Notes: a model not told the origin generated them from the letters alone. A stretch of DNA of 64,000 bases from an uncultured Gammaproteobacteria bacterium (GCA_963783695.1 CAWAOM010000006.1:455641-519640); one strand, 5' to 3'; positions 1 to 13,700 are shown, counted from the first letter of the stretch. A program made the numbers and translations.

Positions 1-235
1 GCTTGAACGCCGCCACCGACTTGCGCGCCAGCGTCATCAGTGGTTTCTGCCCTGCAATCTTGGTCATATCGCCAATCGCATTGTCGATAACCTTGCGGTC
101 TGCCAGTGCCTCGCCGACGCCCATGTTCAACGTGATCTTCTCGATCCGCGGCAATTGCATTTCGTTGGCGTAGCCGAGCCGCTCCTTCAACTGAGGGATG
201 ACCTGGTCGCGATAAAATTCCTGCAGTCTGGACAT
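1..235 (-). CDS. rplE: 50S ribosomal protein L5, N-terminal ~78 codons only (gene runs off the left edge)
   Basis: Hand translation of the minus strand from ATG (235-233) gives [65 protein letters not shown]... This matches the conserved L5 N-terminus (..[15 protein letters not shown]..). It lies directly downstream of rplX, as in the spc operon. It is absent from the ORF track because it has no stop in the window. Confidence 0.9.
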   Translation of the reverse strand, partial: MSRLQEFYRDQVIPQLKERLGYANEMQLPRIEKITLNMGVGEALADRKVIDNAIGDMTKIAGQKPLMTLARKSVAAFK

Positions 236-248
236 GATCCTCTAATCC

Positions 249-566
249 TCAGACGTCAACGACTTCGTTGTCAGACTTGTAGACTCTGACCTTGCGGCCA
301 TCATCAAGCGTCTTGAACCCAACCCGGTCGCCCTTTTTTAGAACCGGATTCCACAACATCACATTAGAAGTATCGAGCGGCATCTCGATTTCGACGATTC
401 CGCCAGCCACACCTGCGTTCGGATTCGGCTTCTGATGCTTCTTCGCGATGTTGATGTTTTCGATGACGACCCGGTCGTCTTCGAGTACGCGTACGACAGT
501 GCCGCGGCGGCCTTTGTCACGGCCGGCAATCACGACAACTTCGTCACCTTTTTTGATTCTCTGCAT
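249..566 (-). CDS. rplX: 50S ribosomal protein L24
   Basis: 105-aa ORF starting [24 protein letters not shown] (KOW motif). It sits between rplN and rplE. Confidence 0.97.
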   Translation of the reverse strand: MQRIKKGDEVVVIAGRDKGRRGTVVRVLEDDRVVIENINIAKKHQKPNPNAGVAGGIVEIEMPLDTSNVMLWNPVLKKGDRVGFKTLDDGRKVRVYKSDNEVVDV

Positions 567-580
567 GACCCACCTCGCCC

Positions 581-949
581 TTACAGCACTTCCGGCGCCA
601 GGGAAATGATCTTCATAAAATTGCCGGTCCGCAGTTCGCGAGTAACCGGCCCGAAAATGCGCGTGCCGATCGGCTCGAGTCGAGCGGTCAGCAGAACCGC
701 GGCATTGCCGTCGAAGCGGATCAACGAACCGTCCGGACGACGAACGCCCTTGCGCGTACGCACCACGACCGCGTTGTAGATCTCGCCTTTCTTGACCTTG
801 CCGCGCGGAATCGCGTCCTTGACGCTCACCTTGATAATGTCACCGACTCCGGCGTAACGACGCTTCGAGCCACCCAGCACCTTGATGCACTGGAGGCGAC
901 GCGCCCCACTGTTGTCCGCGGCATCCAGAACTGTCTGCATCTGAATCAT
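581..949 (-). CDS. rplN: 50S ribosomal protein L14
   Basis: 122-aa [31 protein letters not shown]..., the near-universal L14 sequence. Confidence 0.98.
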   Translation of the reverse strand: MIQMQTVLDAADNSGARRLQCIKVLGGSKRRYAGVGDIIKVSVKDAIPRGKVKKGEIYNAVVVRTRKGVRRPDGSLIRFDGNAAVLLTARLEPIGTRIFGPVTRELRTGNFMKIISLAPEVL

Positions 950-992
950 GGTCGTATTTCCAACTTGCTCTGTAAAAAAACGGCGTCAACGC

Positions 993-1268
993 TTAGTCGC
1001 GCGACGGTCCCCGTTCCACAATATTGACCACCTGCCAGGCTTTACGCTTGGACATGGGGCGGCATTCAGCAATGGCGACCGTGTCACCCTGCCGGCATTC
1101 GTTACTCTCATCATGTGCGAGCAGCTTGGTGGTACGGCGAATGTACTTGCCATACATCGGATGCTTCACCAGGCGTTCAATGGAGACCGAAACGGTTTTG
1201 TCCATCTTGTTCGACACAACCCGACCGGTAACGGTGCGCTGTTGGTGCTGTTCCTGCTTCTCACTCAT
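993..1268 (-). CDS. rpsQ: 30S ribosomal protein S17
   Basis: 91-aa ORF containing [32 protein letters not shown]. It overlaps the rpmC stop by 4 nt. Confidence 0.97.
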   Translation of the reverse strand: MSEKQEQHQQRTVTGRVVSNKMDKTVSVSIERLVKHPMYGKYIRRTTKLLAHDESNECRQGDTVAIAECRPMSKRKAWQVVNIVERGPSRD

Positions 1269-1474
1269 GACGTCTCACCTGCCTGCCGCGTCAACTCGGT
1301 AATAACCGTTTTCACCCGGGCGATATCCTTACGAACCTTGCCGAACTGATCCGGACGCGCCAGCTGACCGGTTGCCCGCTGCATGCGCAGATTGAATTGC
1401 TCCTTGCGCAACGAGAGGAGTTCTTCCTCCAGCTCCGCAACCGACTTCTCTCTAAGCTCACTCGCCTTCATCAC
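1265..1474 (-). CDS. rpmC: 50S ribosomal protein L29
   Basis: 69-aa [35 protein letters not shown]. Conserved position between rplP and rpsQ. Confidence 0.95.
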   Translation of the reverse strand: MMKASELREKSVAELEEELLSLRKEQFNLRMQRATGQLARPDQFGKVRKDIARVKTVITELTRQAGETS

Positions 1475-1884
1475 ATCACCTGTCGCGTCACGAACATCGT
1501 GGCAACCGGCAATTTTGCCGCCGCCAGGCGGAACGCCTCACGAGCCACTTCTTCCGACACGCCTTCGATTTCGTACAACACGCGTCCCGGTTGTATCTGC
1601 GCCACCCAGTACTCGACGTTACCCTTGCCCTTACCCTGGCGAACCTCCAGCGGCTTGGTAGTAATCGGCTTGTCGGGGAAAATCCGGATCCATATCTTGC
1701 CGCCGCGCTTGACGTGACGCGTCATCGCGCGACGAGCCGCCTCGATCTGGCGCGCAGTGATGCGGCCGCGCCCGACGGCCTTGAGTCCGTACTCTCCAAA
1801 CGACACCGAGCCACCGCGCAGTGCGAGACCGCGATTACGGCCCTTCATCTGCTTACGGAACTTGGTTCTTTTCGGCTGCAACAT
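1471..1884 (-). CDS. rplP: 50S ribosomal protein L16
   Basis: 137-aa [24 protein letters not shown]... Confidence 0.98.
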   Translation of the reverse strand: MLQPKRTKFRKQMKGRNRGLALRGGSVSFGEYGLKAVGRGRITARQIEAARRAMTRHVKRGGKIWIRIFPDKPITTKPLEVRQGKGKGNVEYWVAQIQPGRVLYEIEGVSEEVAREAFRLAAAKLPVATMFVTRQVM

Positions 1885-1895
1885 CCGGCTAACTC

Positions 1896-2576
1896 CTAAC
1901 TTGCCTGCTGCTCAGCCGATTCGGCGGCAGCCTCGGGCCTGTCAAACTTCTCGCCCTTGAAAATCCAGACCTTGATGCCTATCACACCATAGGTCGTGCG
2001 CGCTTCGGCAAACCCGTAATCAATATCGGCCCGCAACGTGTGCAGCGGCACGCGGCCTTCGCGGTACCACTCGGAACGGGCAATTTCTGCACCGTTCAAA
2101 CGCCCACCGACCCGAACCTTGACGCCCTGGGCACCGATACGCATCGTGTTTGTCACGGCGCGCTTCATCGCGCGGCGGAACATCACACGCCGAACCAGTT
2201 GCTGCGCTATCCCCTCCGCCACCAGCTGGGCGTCCAGCTCCGGCTTGCGGATCTCGGCAATATTGATGCGCACATCGCCAAGCGGCATACCCATCATCTT
2301 GGCGACGTCACCGCGCAGACGCTCGATATCCTCGCCCTTCTTGCCGATCACGATGCCCGGGCGCGCCGTGTGAATCGTGATGTGCGCCTTCTTGGCCGGC
2401 CGCTCAATCCCGATTTTGCTTACCGACGCATCGGAAAGCCGCTTCTTCAGGAACTCGCGGATCTGCCAATCCGTTGCAACGTACTCCGGGTAGTTGCGCG
2501 AATCCGCAAACCATTTCGACTGCCAATCATGTGTGATTCCCAGCCGGATCCCGATTGGATGTACTTTCTGACCCAT
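1896..2576 (-). CDS. rpsC: 30S ribosomal protein S3
   Basis: 226-aa [27 protein letters not shown]... Confidence 0.98.
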   Translation of the reverse strand: MGQKVHPIGIRLGITHDWQSKWFADSRNYPEYVATDWQIREFLKKRLSDASVSKIGIERPAKKAHITIHTARPGIVIGKKGEDIERLRGDVAKMMGMPLGDVRINIAEIRKPELDAQLVAEGIAQQLVRRVMFRRAMKRAVTNTMRIGAQGVKVRVGGRLNGAEIARSEWYREGRVPLHTLRADIDYGFAEARTTYGVIGIKVWIFKGEKFDRPEAAAESAEQQAS

Positions 2577-2591
2577 TACGGCTCCTCGCGC

Positions 2592-2930
2592 CTACTCGTC
2601 CGAGACCTTGACGGTGATGTGACTGTTGCGCTTGATGATGCGCGTGCCGCGACCTTTCGCCCGCGCCCGAAACCGCCGAAACGACGGCGCCTCATCAACG
2701 TAAACGGAGCTGATCTTCAACTCGTCGACGTCCGCCCCATGGTTGTGCTCGGCGTTGGCAATCGCCGACTCGAGCACTTTCTTGACGATACGGGCGCCCT
2801 TTTTCGGGCTAAATGCCAGCGTCTGCAGCGCTTTCGCCACTGACTGACCCCGAACCAGATCGGCCACCAGGCGGCATTTCTGCGGCGAAATCCTGGCGTA
2901 TCTGAGTTGTGCAGCCACTTCCATCGTCAT
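2592..2930 (-). CDS. rplV: 50S ribosomal protein L22
   Basis: 112-aa ORF containing [20 protein letters not shown]. Confidence 0.97.
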   Translation of the reverse strand: MTMEVAAQLRYARISPQKCRLVADLVRGQSVAKALQTLAFSPKKGARIVKKVLESAIANAEHNHGADVDELKISSVYVDEAPSFRRFRARAKGRGTRIIKRNSHITVKVSDE

Positions 2931-2935
2931 CTCTC

Positions 2936-3208
2936 CTACCTCGCCTTGCGGTCCGCCGCATGCCCGCGAAACGTGCGGGTGATAGCGAACTCACCAAGCT
3001 TGTGCCCCACCATGTTCTCCGAAATCAGTACCGGAACATGATGGCGACCGTTATGCACGGCAATGGTCAGACCGACCATGTCCGGCAAAATCATCGACCG
3101 CCGCGACCAGGTCTTGATCGGCCGCCGGTCGTTGTTTTCCGCCGCCTTGATCACCTTGTTCATAAGGTGAGCATCGACGAAAGGACCTTTCTTAACAGAA
3201 CGTGGCAC
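2936..3208 (-). CDS. rpsS: 30S ribosomal protein S19
   Basis: 90-aa [22 protein letters not shown]...HNGRHHVPV. Confidence 0.98.
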   Translation of the reverse strand: MPRSVKKGPFVDAHLMNKVIKAAENNDRRPIKTWSRRSMILPDMVGLTIAVHNGRHHVPVLISENMVGHKLGEFAITRTFRGHAADRKAR

Positions 3209-3225
3209 AGCTGCTACCTCTCAAA

Positions 3226-4056
3226 TCACTTTCTGTTGCGGCGCCGGACGATTAAACCGTCAGTGCGCTTGTTGTTTCGGGTGCGGTAACCCTTGGTCGG
3301 CGTACCCCACGGGGAAACCGGGTGCCGCCCGCCCGAGGTGCGGCCCTCACCGCCGCCGTGCGGATGGTCAACCGGGTTCATGGCGACACCACGCACCGTC
3401 GGTCGAACACCACGCCAGCGCTTGGCCCCGGCTTTGCCCAGCTTCTGCAAGTTATGCTCGAAGTTACCGACCTCTCCAATAGTCGCCCGGCACGCAATAT
3501 GTACCTTGCGCATTTCACCGGAGCGCAGCCTGACTGTGGCGTACTGCCCCTCGCGCGCAACCAGCTGGGCCGAACCGCCGGCGCTGCGAACGATCTGCCC
3601 GCCCTTGCCCGGCTTCAACTCGATGTTGTGCACCAGGGTACCGACCGGAATGCTGCGCAATGCCATCGCATTGCCCGGCTTGATCGGCGCCTCGCTGCCG
3701 GCCATGACCGGGTCGCCCGCCTTCATGCCACGCGGCGCAAGGATGTAACGGCGTTCGCCATCCGCGTACAACACCAATGCGAGATTGGCGCTGCGGTTGG
3801 GATCATGCTCGATCCGCTCGATACGTCCGGGCACACCGTCCTTGTTCCGACGGAAATCGATCTGCCGGTAACGACGTTTGTGGCCACCGCCGCGGTGACG
3901 CACGGTAATGCGACCGAGGTTGTTGCGGCCACCGCTGCTGGAGCCTTTCTCCACCAACGCTGCGTGCGGTTCGCCCTTATGCAGGTCGGGACGCTTGATC
4001 TGAACGACGAAGCGGCGTCCTGCAGAAGTCGGTTTGGTTTTGATTACCTTTGCCAT
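3226..4056 (-). CDS. rplB: 50S ribosomal protein L2
   Basis: 276-aa ORF containing [22 protein letters not shown] and [14 protein letters not shown]. Confidence 0.98.
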   Translation of the reverse strand: MAKVIKTKPTSAGRRFVVQIKRPDLHKGEPHAALVEKGSSSGGRNNLGRITVRHRGGGHKRRYRQIDFRRNKDGVPGRIERIEHDPNRSANLALVLYADGERRYILAPRGMKAGDPVMAGSEAPIKPGNAMALRSIPVGTLVHNIELKPGKGGQIVRSAGGSAQLVAREGQYATVRLRSGEMRKVHIACRATIGEVGNFEHNLQKLGKAGAKRWRGVRPTVRGVAMNPVDHPHGGGEGRTSGGRHPVSPWGTPTKGYRTRNNKRTDGLIVRRRNRK

Positions 4057-4087
4057 CGCTGATTCTCTTTACTCGTAGCGCCGAGTG

Positions 4088-4384
4088 TTACTCACCACCG
4101 AGGAAATCGATGTCCTGGCCTGCCTTCAAGCGAACGTAGGCCTTTTTCCAGTCCGAGCGTTTGCCCATCGTCCGGCCAAAACGCTTTTGCTTGCCGCCCT
4201 GGTTGAGGATCTGTACACCCTCGACCTCAACTTCAAACATCATTTCCACAGCGCGCCGCACCTCGGTCTTACTGGCATCGCGGCGCACGCGGAAAACGAT
4301 CTGATTGTGGTCATCGGCCACGGTGGTGCTCTTCTCCGAAACATGCGGGCCGAGCAGGACCGTCATAAGTCTCTCGCGGCTCAT
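4088..4384 (-). CDS. rplW: 50S ribosomal protein L23
   Basis: 98-aa ORF in the conserved position between rplD and rplB, with a 4-nt overlap with rplD. Confidence 0.96.
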   Translation of the reverse strand: MSRERLMTVLLGPHVSEKSTTVADDHNQIVFRVRRDASKTEVRRAVEMMFEVEVEGVQILNQGGKQKRFGRTMGKRSDWKKAYVRLKAGQDIDFLGGE

Positions 4385-5001
4385 ACCAGTTTCTCCTCAA
4401 GCAGCTTCACTGCCGGCACGGTCATGATCACATTGTCGTAACGGATCAGGCTTACCGGATCGACCGCAGTCACCTCGAGCACCTCTACGTGCGGCAGATT
4501 GCGCGCCGCCAGATACAACGCCTCGTCGAACGCCTCAACGACGATCAACGCGGATTTGACCTCGAGCTCCTTCAGCCGGGTTGCGACCAGCTTGGTCTTC
4601 GGCGCCTCTACCGCGAACTGATCGACCACCTTGAGCCGGTCCTGGCGAATCAGTTCGGAGACCACCGCACGAATCGCAGCGCGGTACATCTTGCGGTTGA
4701 CTTTTTGCCCGTGGTCACGCGGCTGCGCGGCGAAGGTACGGCCGCCACCCACCCAAATGGGGCTGCGAATCGTTCCGGCGCGTGCCCGCCCCGTCCCTTT
4801 CTGCCGCCATGGCTTGGCGCCGCCGCCGCGAACCTGAGCACGCGACTTCTGCGCCTTGGTGCCAGCACGGCCACCCGACAGATACGCCGTCACGACCTGG
4901 TGCACCAGGGCTTCGTTGAATTCACTGCCAAACGCGGTTTCAGACACCTCGAGGGAGGCATCGCCGCCAGTGGCACCAACAACTGTCAATGTCTTGGCCA
5001 T
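4381..5001 (-). CDS. rplD: 50S ribosomal protein L4
   Basis: 206-aa ORF containing [29 protein letters not shown]. Confidence 0.97.
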   Translation of the reverse strand: MAKTLTVVGATGGDASLEVSETAFGSEFNEALVHQVVTAYLSGGRAGTKAQKSRAQVRGGGAKPWRQKGTGRARAGTIRSPIWVGGGRTFAAQPRDHGQKVNRKMYRAAIRAVVSELIRQDRLKVVDQFAVEAPKTKLVATRLKELEVKSALIVVEAFDEALYLAARNLPHVEVLEVTAVDPVSLIRYDNVIMTVPAVKLLEEKLV

Positions 5002-5021
5002 GCTCGTTCGTCCCCTTCGCC

Positions 5022-5666
5022 CTAGGCCCTGGCCTTAACGGCCGGACGCACGATGACATCGGCGCCGCGCGCACCCGGAACGGCGCCCTTGATCAGGAGC
5101 AGATTGCGCTCCTGATCAACCCGCACGATTTCCAGATTCAGGTTGGTAGTCCGGGCATCGCCGAGGTGACCCGACATCTTCTTGCCCTTGAATACTCGGC
5201 CAGGCGTCTGGTTCTGACCGATGGAGCCAGGCACACGATGCGACAACGAGTTGCCGTGAGTGTTGTCCTGACCACGAAAATTGTGGCGCTTGATCGTGCC
5301 GGCGAAACCCTTGCCGATGGAAGTACCGGCAACATCGACCTTCTGCCCGGGAGCAAAAAGCTCGACCGTGAGTTCGGCGCCGGTTGCGAGATCCGCACCT
5401 TCTTCGCCTTCGAGACGAAATTCCCAAAGACCACGGCCTGCTTCCACGCCGGCTTTGGCGAAATGCCCGGCCTCGGACTTTGACAGCCGCGAGAGTTTCC
5501 GCGAGCCCGTGGTGACCTGAACGCCACGGTAACCGTCACGCTCGCCATCGCGGACCAGCGTGATGCGATTGGGAAGGGCCTCGATCACCGTCACCGGAAT
5601 CGACTGCCCATCGTCCGTAAATACTCGCGTCATGCCGCATTTGCGGCCGACCAAGCCGATAGCCAT
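5022..5666 (-). CDS. rplC: 50S ribosomal protein L3
   Basis: The ORF track gives 5022..5711. The conserved L3 N-terminus [16 protein letters not shown] starts at the internal ATG (5666-5664), which is preceded by AGAGGA. The upstream 15 codons are treated as a non-coding extension. Confidence 0.95.
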   Translation of the reverse strand: MAIGLVGRKCGMTRVFTDDGQSIPVTVIEALPNRITLVRDGERDGYRGVQVTTGSRKLSRLSKSEAGHFAKAGVEAGRGLWEFRLEGEEGADLATGAELTVELFAPGQKVDVAGTSIGKGFAGTIKRHNFRGQDNTHGNSLSHRVPGSIGQNQTPGRVFKGKKMSGHLGDARTTNLNLEIVRVDQERNLLLIKGAVPGARGADVIVRPAVKARA

Positions 5667-5843
5667 GTTGTCTGTCCTCTTTACACTGCACCGACTTCGA
5701 TTGGCCGGCACTGTCTCAAGCTAAAACCCGCCCACAACAGCAGCGCACTGGCCACCATCGGGGAGAGGGAACGGCAAAACAGCCCGGGCAATGATCACAT
5801 CGTGATCGCCGCCTTAGCGGCCTGCTTTGACATGGAAACTCAA

Positions 5844-5873
5844 GGCCCGGCACGAGTATTCTCGCACCGGGCC
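5844..5873 (-). promoter_or_regulatory. 13-bp stem-loop in the rpsJ-rplC spacer (attenuator, terminator-like or leader hairpin)
   Basis: Minus strand reads GGCCCGGUGCGAG-AAUA-CUCGUGCCGGGCC (two G-U pairs), followed by UUGAGUUUCC. It lies about 10 nt downstream of the predicted start of the promoter-like element at 5889-5916. Confidence 0.35.
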
Positions 5874-5888
5874 ATTAAAGAGCCGAAA

Positions 5889-5916
5889 ATTATAGCAGGT
5901 TTTGCGTCTAGTTCAA
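5889..5916 (-). promoter_or_regulatory. sigma70-like promoter with extended -10 (TTGAAC-N16-TGCTATAAT) overlapping the rpsJ stop
   Basis: Read on the minus strand: -35 TTGAAC at 5916-5911 (the last codons of rpsJ), a 16-nt spacer, TG at 5897-5896, then a perfect TATAAT at 5894-5889. Confidence 0.4.
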
Positions 5917-6222
5917 CTTAATCTGAACGTCGACGCCTGCGGGCAATTCGAGCTTCATCAGCGCGTCCACGGTCTTGTCCGTAGGCTCCATGATTTCCAT
6001 CAGGCGCTTGTGCGTGCGCAGCTCGTATTGGTCGCGTGCATCCTTGTTCACATGCGGCGAAATCAGGACGGTAAAACGCTCCATCTTCGTCGGCAAAGGC
6101 ACCGGGCCCCGCACCTGCGCGCCGGTACGGCGTGCCGTATCGACAATTTCCCGCGCAGACTTGTCGATCAGTCGATGATCAAAAGCCTTGAGCCTGATAC
6201 GAATATTCTGATTTGTCGCCAT
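5908..6222 (-). CDS. rpsJ: 30S ribosomal protein S10
   Basis: The ORF track gives 5908..6378. The conserved S10 sequence [27 protein letters not shown] starts at the internal ATG at 6222, and the 52-codon upstream extension is R/S/P-rich junk. Confidence 0.96.
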   Translation of the reverse strand: MATNQNIRIRLKAFDHRLIDKSAREIVDTARRTGAQVRGPVPLPTKMERFTVLISPHVNKDARDQYELRTHKRLMEIMEPTDKTVDALMKLELPAGVDVQIKLN

Positions 6223-6247
6223 TTCCTGGTACCGCTGGTAGTAAGTC

Positions 6248-6274
6248 GGCGCCCGGGGCAGAACCCCGGGCGCC
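6248..6274 (-). promoter_or_regulatory. 11-bp GC stem-loop in the 61-nt tuf-rpsJ spacer
   Basis: GGCGCCCGGGG-(5 nt)-CCCCGGGCGCC, a perfect stem with no U-tract after it on the minus strand. Confidence 0.3.
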
Positions 6275-6280
6275 CGGTTC

Positions 6281-7474
<1,194 letters not shown>

Positions 7475-7502
7475 CGTCTTTACCTCGCAAATTTCAAGAT
7501 TC

Positions 7503-9596
7503 TCAGGATGCCTTCTTAATCACCGAATCGGCGACACTGTTGGGCACTTCGTTGTACTTGAGGAACTCCATCGAGTAGGTTGCGCGACCCTGGCTCATAG
7601 AGCGCAGATCGGTCGCATAACCAAACATCTCGGCAAGCGGAACTTCCGCGCGAATCACCTTGCCGGCCGGGGTATCGTCCATCCCCTGGGGCAGGCCACG
7701 GCGGCGATTGAGATCGCCCATCACGTCGCCCATGTAGTCTTCCGGGGTTACGACCTCGACCTTCATGATTGGCTCCAGCAAAACCGGATCGGCCTTCAGC
7801 GCACCTTCCCGGAAACCCATGGACCCGGCGATCTTGAACGCCATTTCACTGGAATCCACCTCGTGGTACGAGCCGTCGTAAAGAGTTACCTTGAAGTCGA
7901 CGACCGGATAACCCGCGATAACGCCGTTTTGCATTTGCTCTTGAATGCCCTTGTCCACCGCGGGGATGTACTCGCGCGGCACCACGCCACCGACGATCGC
8001 ATTTTCGAATTCGTAGCCGGCACCCGGTTCGCGCGGTTCGATCTTCAGCCAGACATGGCCATACTGGCCACGTCCGCCCGACTGGCGCACGAACTTGCCT
8101 TCCTGGTCAACCGCCTTGCGAATGGTCTCGCGATAGGCCACCTGCGGCTTACCGACATTAGCCTCGACCTTGAATTCACGCTTGAGCCGGTCAACGATGA
8201 TCTCGAGGTGCAACTCACCCATACCCGAGATGATCGTCTGCCCGGACTCCTCGTCCGTATGGACGCGGAAAGAAGGGTCTTCCTTGGCCAGCTTCGACAA
8301 AGCCATTCCCATTTTTTCCTGATCGGCTTTGGTCTTCGGCTCTACGGCGACCGCAATCACGGGCTCCGGGAACTCCATGCGCTCAAGGGTGACGACCTGC
8401 TTCAGATCGCACAGCGTATCACCGGTGGTAACGTCTTTGAGACCCACCGCGGCAGCAATATCGCCGGCCCGGACTTCTTTCAATTCCTTGCGGTCGTTGG
8501 CGTGCATCTGCAGCATGCGGCCGATCCGCTCTTTCCTGCCCTTGACCGGGTTGTAGACAGTATCTCCGGTCGCCAGAATACCGGAATAAACGCGGAAAAA
8601 GGTCAACGTACCGACAAACGGGTCGGTCATGATCTTGAACGCAAGCGCGGCAAACGGCTCATCGTCATCCGGCTTGCGCACAGCTTCCTGCTCGTCCTCG
8701 GTAATACCCTTGATAGCGGGCACGTCGACCGGGGACGGCATCAGCTCAACCACCGCATCGAGAACTGCCTGCACGCCCTTGTTCTTGAAGGCCGAGCCAC
8801 ACATCACTGGAACGATCTCGTTGTTGAGCGTACGCAGACGAATGCCGCGTTTGATTTCATCGTTGCTGAGGTCGCCCTCTTCGAGGAATTTCTCGAGGAG
8901 CTCCTCGTCACCCTCGGCGGCCGCCTCGACCATCTGCTCGCGCATCAGCTGGCAATCGTCGGCCATATCGGCCGGGATATCCTTCGCCTCGAAAGTCATG
9001 CCCTGGCTGTCTTCATCCCAGAAGATCGCCTGCATCCTGATGAGATCGACGACGCCGAGGAAGTTCTCTTCGGCCCCGATCGGCAACTGCAACGGCACCG
9101 GATTGGCGCCGAGCCGATCCTTTAACTGATCGACGACACGGAGAAAATCGGCGCCTGCACGATCCATCTTGTTGACGAACGCAAGCCGCGGCACGGCGTA
9201 TTTATTGGCCTGTCGCCACACCGTCTCCGACTGCGGCTCGACACCGCCAACCGCACAAAAAACAGCAACTGCGCTATCGAGAACCCTCAGGCTGCGCTCG
9301 ACTTCGATTGTGAAGTCAACGTGTCCGGGCGTGTCGATAATATTGATGCGATGCTCATCGAACTGCTGCTCCATGCCGCTCCAGAAACAGGTGGTCGCAG
9401 CAGAGGTGATCGTGATGCCACGCTCCTGCTCCTGCTCCATCCAGTCCATAGCTGCGGCGCCGTCGTGAACCTCACCGATTTTGTGCGACACACCCGTGTA
9501 GAAGAGCACACGCTCGGTTGTCGTCGTTTTGCCCGCATCGATATGGGCCATGATGCCGATATTTCGATAACGGGTAATAGGGGTGGTACGTGCCAC
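7503..9596 (-). CDS. fusA: Elongation factor G
   Basis: 697-aa [38 protein letters not shown]... Confidence 0.98.
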   Translation of the reverse strand: MARTTPITRYRNIGIMAHIDAGKTTTTERVLFYTGVSHKIGEVHDGAAAMDWMEQEQERGITITSAATTCFWSGMEQQFDEHRINIIDTPGHVDFTIEVERSLRVLDSAVAVFCAVGGVEPQSETVWRQANKYAVPRLAFVNKMDRAGADFLRVVDQLKDRLGANPVPLQLPIGAEENFLGVVDLIRMQAIFWDEDSQGMTFEAKDIPADMADDCQLMREQMVEAAAEGDEELLEKFLEEGDLSNDEIKRGIRLRTLNNEIVPVMCGSAFKNKGVQAVLDAVVELMPSPVDVPAIKGITEDEQEAVRKPDDDEPFAALAFKIMTDPFVGTLTFFRVYSGILATGDTVYNPVKGRKERIGRMLQMHANDRKELKEVRAGDIAAAVGLKDVTTGDTLCDLKQVVTLERMEFPEPVIAVAVEPKTKADQEKMGMALSKLAKEDPSFRVHTDEESGQTIISGMGELHLEIIVDRLKREFKVEANVGKPQVAYRETIRKAVDQEGKFVRQSGGRGQYGHVWLKIEPREPGAGYEFENAIVGGVVPREYIPAVDKGIQEQMQNGVIAGYPVVDFKVTLYDGSYHEVDSSEMAFKIAGSMGFREGALKADPVLLEPIMKVEVVTPEDYMGDVMGDLNRRRGLPQGMDDTPAGKVIRAEVPLAEMFGYATDLRSMSQGRATYSMEFLKYNEVPNSVADSVIKKAS

Positions 9597-9640
9597 GGAA
9601 CTAGCCCTCGATGTGAATCTCGGTCGGCCGCTGGAGGAAA

Positions 9641-10120
9641 TTACCAGCGGTAGTGAGAGAACGCCTTATTGGCCTCAGCCATCCGGTGCGTGTCTTCGCG
9701 CTTCTTCACCGCGGCACCACGATTATCCGCGGCATCGATCAGCTCATTAGCAAGCCGCGCAGCCATCGATTTCTCACTGCGCTTGCGCGCCGAATCGATC
9801 ACCCAGCGCATTGCGAGCGTCTGCCGCCGCGCCGGACGCACTTCGACCGGAACCTGGTAGGTAGCACCACCGACGCGCCGCGACTTCACCTCGACTGCCG
9901 GCTTGACGTTATCGAGCGCCTGCGCGAGCAGCTCGAGCGCCTGCTCTTCGCTGACCTTGTTACGGTCGGAAATACGGTCGATCGCGCCATAGACGATACG
10001 TTCCGCCACGGATTTCTTGCCGCGGTTCATCATCATGTTGATGAATTTCGCCAACATATCGCTGCCGAATTTCGGATCCGGCAGTGCTGCGCGTTTTGGT
10101 GCTCTTGCTCTACGTGACAT
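9641..10120 (-). CDS. rpsG: 30S ribosomal protein S7
   Basis: 159-aa ORF containing [19 protein letters not shown]. Confidence 0.98.
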   Translation of the reverse strand: MSRRARAPKRAALPDPKFGSDMLAKFINMMMNRGKKSVAERIVYGAIDRISDRNKVSEEQALELLAQALDNVKPAVEVKSRRVGGATYQVPVEVRPARRQTLAMRWVIDSARKRSEKSMAARLANELIDAADNRGAAVKKREDTHRMAEANKAFSHYRW

Positions 10121-10147
10121 TGGTCAGACCTGTCCTGATGCTGGACC

Positions 10148-10519
10148 CTATTTGGGTCGCTTCGCTCCGTATTTGGAACGGCCCTGCTTCCGCTCGTTGA
10201 CGCCAGCGCAATCCAGCGTGCCGCGAACGATGTGATAACGCACACCGGGGAGATCCTTGACGCGTCCACCGCGCAGCATCACCACCGAGTGCTCCTGAAG
10301 ATTGTGCCCTTCACCGCCGATGTAACTGGTGACTTCATAGCCATTAGTCAGGCGCACGCGCGCGACCTTGCGCAAAGCCGAGTTCGGCTTCTTCGGCGTG
10401 GTCGTATACACACGAGTACACACGCCGCGCCGCTGCGGTGACGCCTCCAGCGCGGGGACGTTACTCTTGGCCGTTTTGGTCTTGCGCGACTTGCGCACCA
10501 GCTGATTGATCGTAGACAT
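10148..10519 (-). CDS. rpsL: 30S ribosomal protein S12
   Basis: 123-aa [16 protein letters not shown]...[20 protein letters not shown]. Confidence 0.98.
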   Translation of the reverse strand: MSTINQLVRKSRKTKTAKSNVPALEASPQRRGVCTRVYTTTPKKPNSALRKVARVRLTNGYEVTSYIGGEGHNLQEHSVVMLRGGRVKDLPGVRYHIVRGTLDCAGVNERKQGRSKYGAKRPK

Positions 10520-10583
10520 TCGCTATTCTCTATTTCACTTGAGGTGACTTGCGCGGACTTCGCGTATGCCGCCCAGAGTAGAA

Positions 10584-10610
10584 CCGGGCCGCCATACTAT
10601 GGCGGCCCGG
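10584..10610 (-). other. Perfect 12-bp stem-loop (CCGGGCCGCCAT-ACT-ATGGCGGCCCGG) in the rpoC-rpsL spacer
   Basis: Read directly from the sequence. It lies between the rpoC terminator and the rpsL start. Function unknown; it could be a second terminator, a REP-like element or a leader structure. Confidence 0.3.
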
Positions 10611-10688
10611 GTCGAATTCCGTATCCGGCGCGATTGGGAAACGCGGCCGATGTAAAGCCGGGCATTCTAGATTCGCCCCAATCAGGTG

Positions 10689-10725
10689 TCAAGAAAGGCA
10701 GAGTGGCAAAAACTGCCACCCTGCC
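10689..10725 (-). terminator. Rho-independent terminator after rpoC
   Basis: Minus strand reads GGCAGGGUGGCA-GUUUU-UGCCACUCUGCC (12 bp, one G-U pair), followed by UUUCUU. It begins 8 nt after the rpoC stop. Confidence 0.6.
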
Positions 10726-10732
10726 CGGATCT

Positions 10733-13700
10733 CTAATCCTCCGCCACCGTCTCGGAAGCCTCCTCGGCCGGCTGATCATCGTCCTGGACGCTCTCCATGG
10801 CAGCCTGCGCCTGCTCCAGCGCAAGCAGCTCTTCCTTGGCCCGATCCTCGTGGCTGCGCCTGCGCTCGGCATGGTATGCGAAACCGGTACCAGCCGGGAT
10901 CAACCGGCCAACGATGACATTTTCCTTGAGCCCGCGCAGATCGTCGCGCAGGCCGCGTACCGCGGCCTCGGTCAGAACGCGCGTGGTCTCCTGGAACGAG
11001 GCTGCCGATATAAACGACTCCGTCGCCAGCGAGGCCTTGGTGATACCCAGCAGCATCGGATCGAATACCGCCGCCTCCTTGCCGGTAACCGCCATGGCCT
11101 CGTTCTCCTCGAGTGCACGGGCTCGATCGACCTGCTCGCCACGCAACAATTTGCTGCCGCCGGACTTGGCAACCTCAAGCTTGCGCAGCATCTGGCGGAT
11201 GATCACCTCGATGTGTTTGTCATTGATCTTCACACCCTGGAGGCGGTAGACATCCTGGATTTCGCGCACCAGGTAGTCGGCCAGCCTCTCGACGCCCTGC
11301 AAACGCAGGATATCGTGCGGATCAGGCTCACCCTCGGCAATCACCTCTCCACGCAGAACCTGCTCACCTTCAAACACGTTCAGGTGACGCCATTTCGGGA
11401 TCAGCGTCTCGTGTTTCTCACCACTGTCGTCGGTAATGATCAGGCGACGCTTGCCCTTGGTTTCCTTACCGAAGCTGGCGGTACCCGAATACTCGGCCAG
11501 AATCGCCGGGTCCTTGGGCTTGCGCGCCTCGAACAGATCGGCCACACGCGGCAGACCACCGGTGATATCGCGAGTCTTCGAGCTCTCCTGCGGGATACGC
11601 GCGATAACGTCGCCGACGCCCACCTTCGAACCATCGTCCATATTCACCACGGCGCCCGAGGGCAACGCGTAAGACGCGGGAATGTCGGTATTGGCGAAGC
11701 ATATTGGCTTGCCCTTGGTGTCGACCAGCCGCGCCGTCGGCCGCAGATCTTTCGACCCGCCGCGCTGCTGCACATCAAGCACCACGATGGCGGCCAGTCC
11801 GGTGATTTCGTCAACCTGGCGGGTAACGGTCACGCCGTCAATAAAGTCGTCGAAGCGCAGCTTGCCAGTCACCTCGGATACCACCGGGTGGGTGTGCGGA
11901 TCCCAGTTGGCAACAACCTGGCCGGACTCGACCGGCGAGCCCTCGTCCACGGCAATCGTCGCGCCGTAGGGGATCTTGTAGCGTTCCCGCTCGCGCCCGA
12001 ACTCATCCATCACACCGATCTCGCCGGAACGTGAGACGGCGACAAAATGACCGCGCTCATGTTTTACCGTCTTGATGTTGTGGAGGCGGATGACACCGGA
12101 ACCCTTGATCTCGACACTGTTGACCGCGGCCGCACGCGAAGCGGCCCCGCCGATATGGAACGTACGCATCGTCAGCTGGGTACCCGGCTCACCGATCGAC
12201 TGCGCGGCGATGACACCAACGGCCTCACCGATATTGATGCGGTGACCGCGGGCCAGGTCGCGGCCGTAGCACTGCGCGCACACGCCGTAGCGAGTCTCGC
12301 AGGTAATCGGCGAGCGAACATGAACCTGATCGACAGACAGCTCTTCGAGGGTATTGACCCACTTCTCATCGAGCAGCGTACCGGCCTCGACAATCACTTC
12401 CTCGCTGCCCGGCTTCAGAACCGGCGAGGAGACTACTCGTCCAAGCACGCGCTCGCGCAACGGCTCGACGACATCGCCCCCCTCAACCAGCGGAGTCATC
12501 ATCAGGCCGCGTTCGGTACCACAATCAACCTTCGTAACCACCAGGTCCTGGGCCACGTCGACCAGGCGCCGCGTCAGGTATCCCGAGTTTGCGGTTTTCA
12601 AAGCCGTATCGGCCAGACCTTTACGCGCACCATGCGTCGAGATGAAGTACTGCAGGACGTTCAATCCCTCGCGGAAGTTGGCAGTGATCGGCGTTTCGAT
12701 GATCGAGCCATCAGGTTTCGCCATCAGGCCGCGCATACCGGCGAGCTGACGAATCTGGGCCGCCGAGCCTCGCGCACCGGAGTCGGCCATCATGAAAATC
12801 GAATTGAACGATTTCTGATGCTGCTCCTTACCGGCCGAGTCGACGACATTTTCGCCGCCGAGCTTGTTCATCATTTCCTTGGCCACTTCTTCGTTGGTGC
12901 GTGACCAGATATCGACGACCTTATTGTAGCGTTCGCCGTTGGTAATGAGACCCGACGTGTACTGCTCCTGGATCTCTTTGACCTCCTCCTCGGCGGTGGT
13001 CAGGATGCCGGCTTTTTCCTCCGGCACCACCATATCGTTGACACCGATCGACACACCGGCCTTGGTCGCATAGTGAAAGCCCGTGTACATCAACTGATCG
13101 GCGAACACCACCGTACGTTTCAGCCCGAGGGTGCGATAGCAGGCATTGATAAGACCGGAAATCGCCTTCTTGGTCATGTCGCGATTGATCAGCTCGAATG
13201 CCATACCCTTGGGCATGACTTCGGCGAGAAGGGCACGGCCAACCGTGGTTTCCACGACATGCCGCTTGTGCTGAATTTCGCCTTCTTCGCTGAGGAAAGA
13301 GTCCTCGATACGGACCCGGACCCGCGCCTGCAGATCGACCTGGCGCGACTCATAGGCGCGATGCACTTCCCCGACACCGGAAAAACGCATGCCCTCGCCC
13401 TTCGCTTTGACGCGCTCGCGAGTCATGAAATACAGACCCAGAACGACATCCTGCGACGGCACGATGATCGGATCGCCATTGGCCGGAGACAGGATGTTAT
13501 TGGACGCCATCATCAGCGCCCGCGCCTCGAGCTGTGCCTCGATCGACAGCGGCACATGCACTGCCATCTGGTCGCCGTCGAAATCGGCATTGAACGCGGT
13601 GCAGACCAGCGGGTGCAGTTGGATCGCCTTGCCCTCTACCAGCACCGGCTCGAATGCCTGGATCCCGAGCCTGTGCAGCGTCGGCGCACGGTTAAGCATC

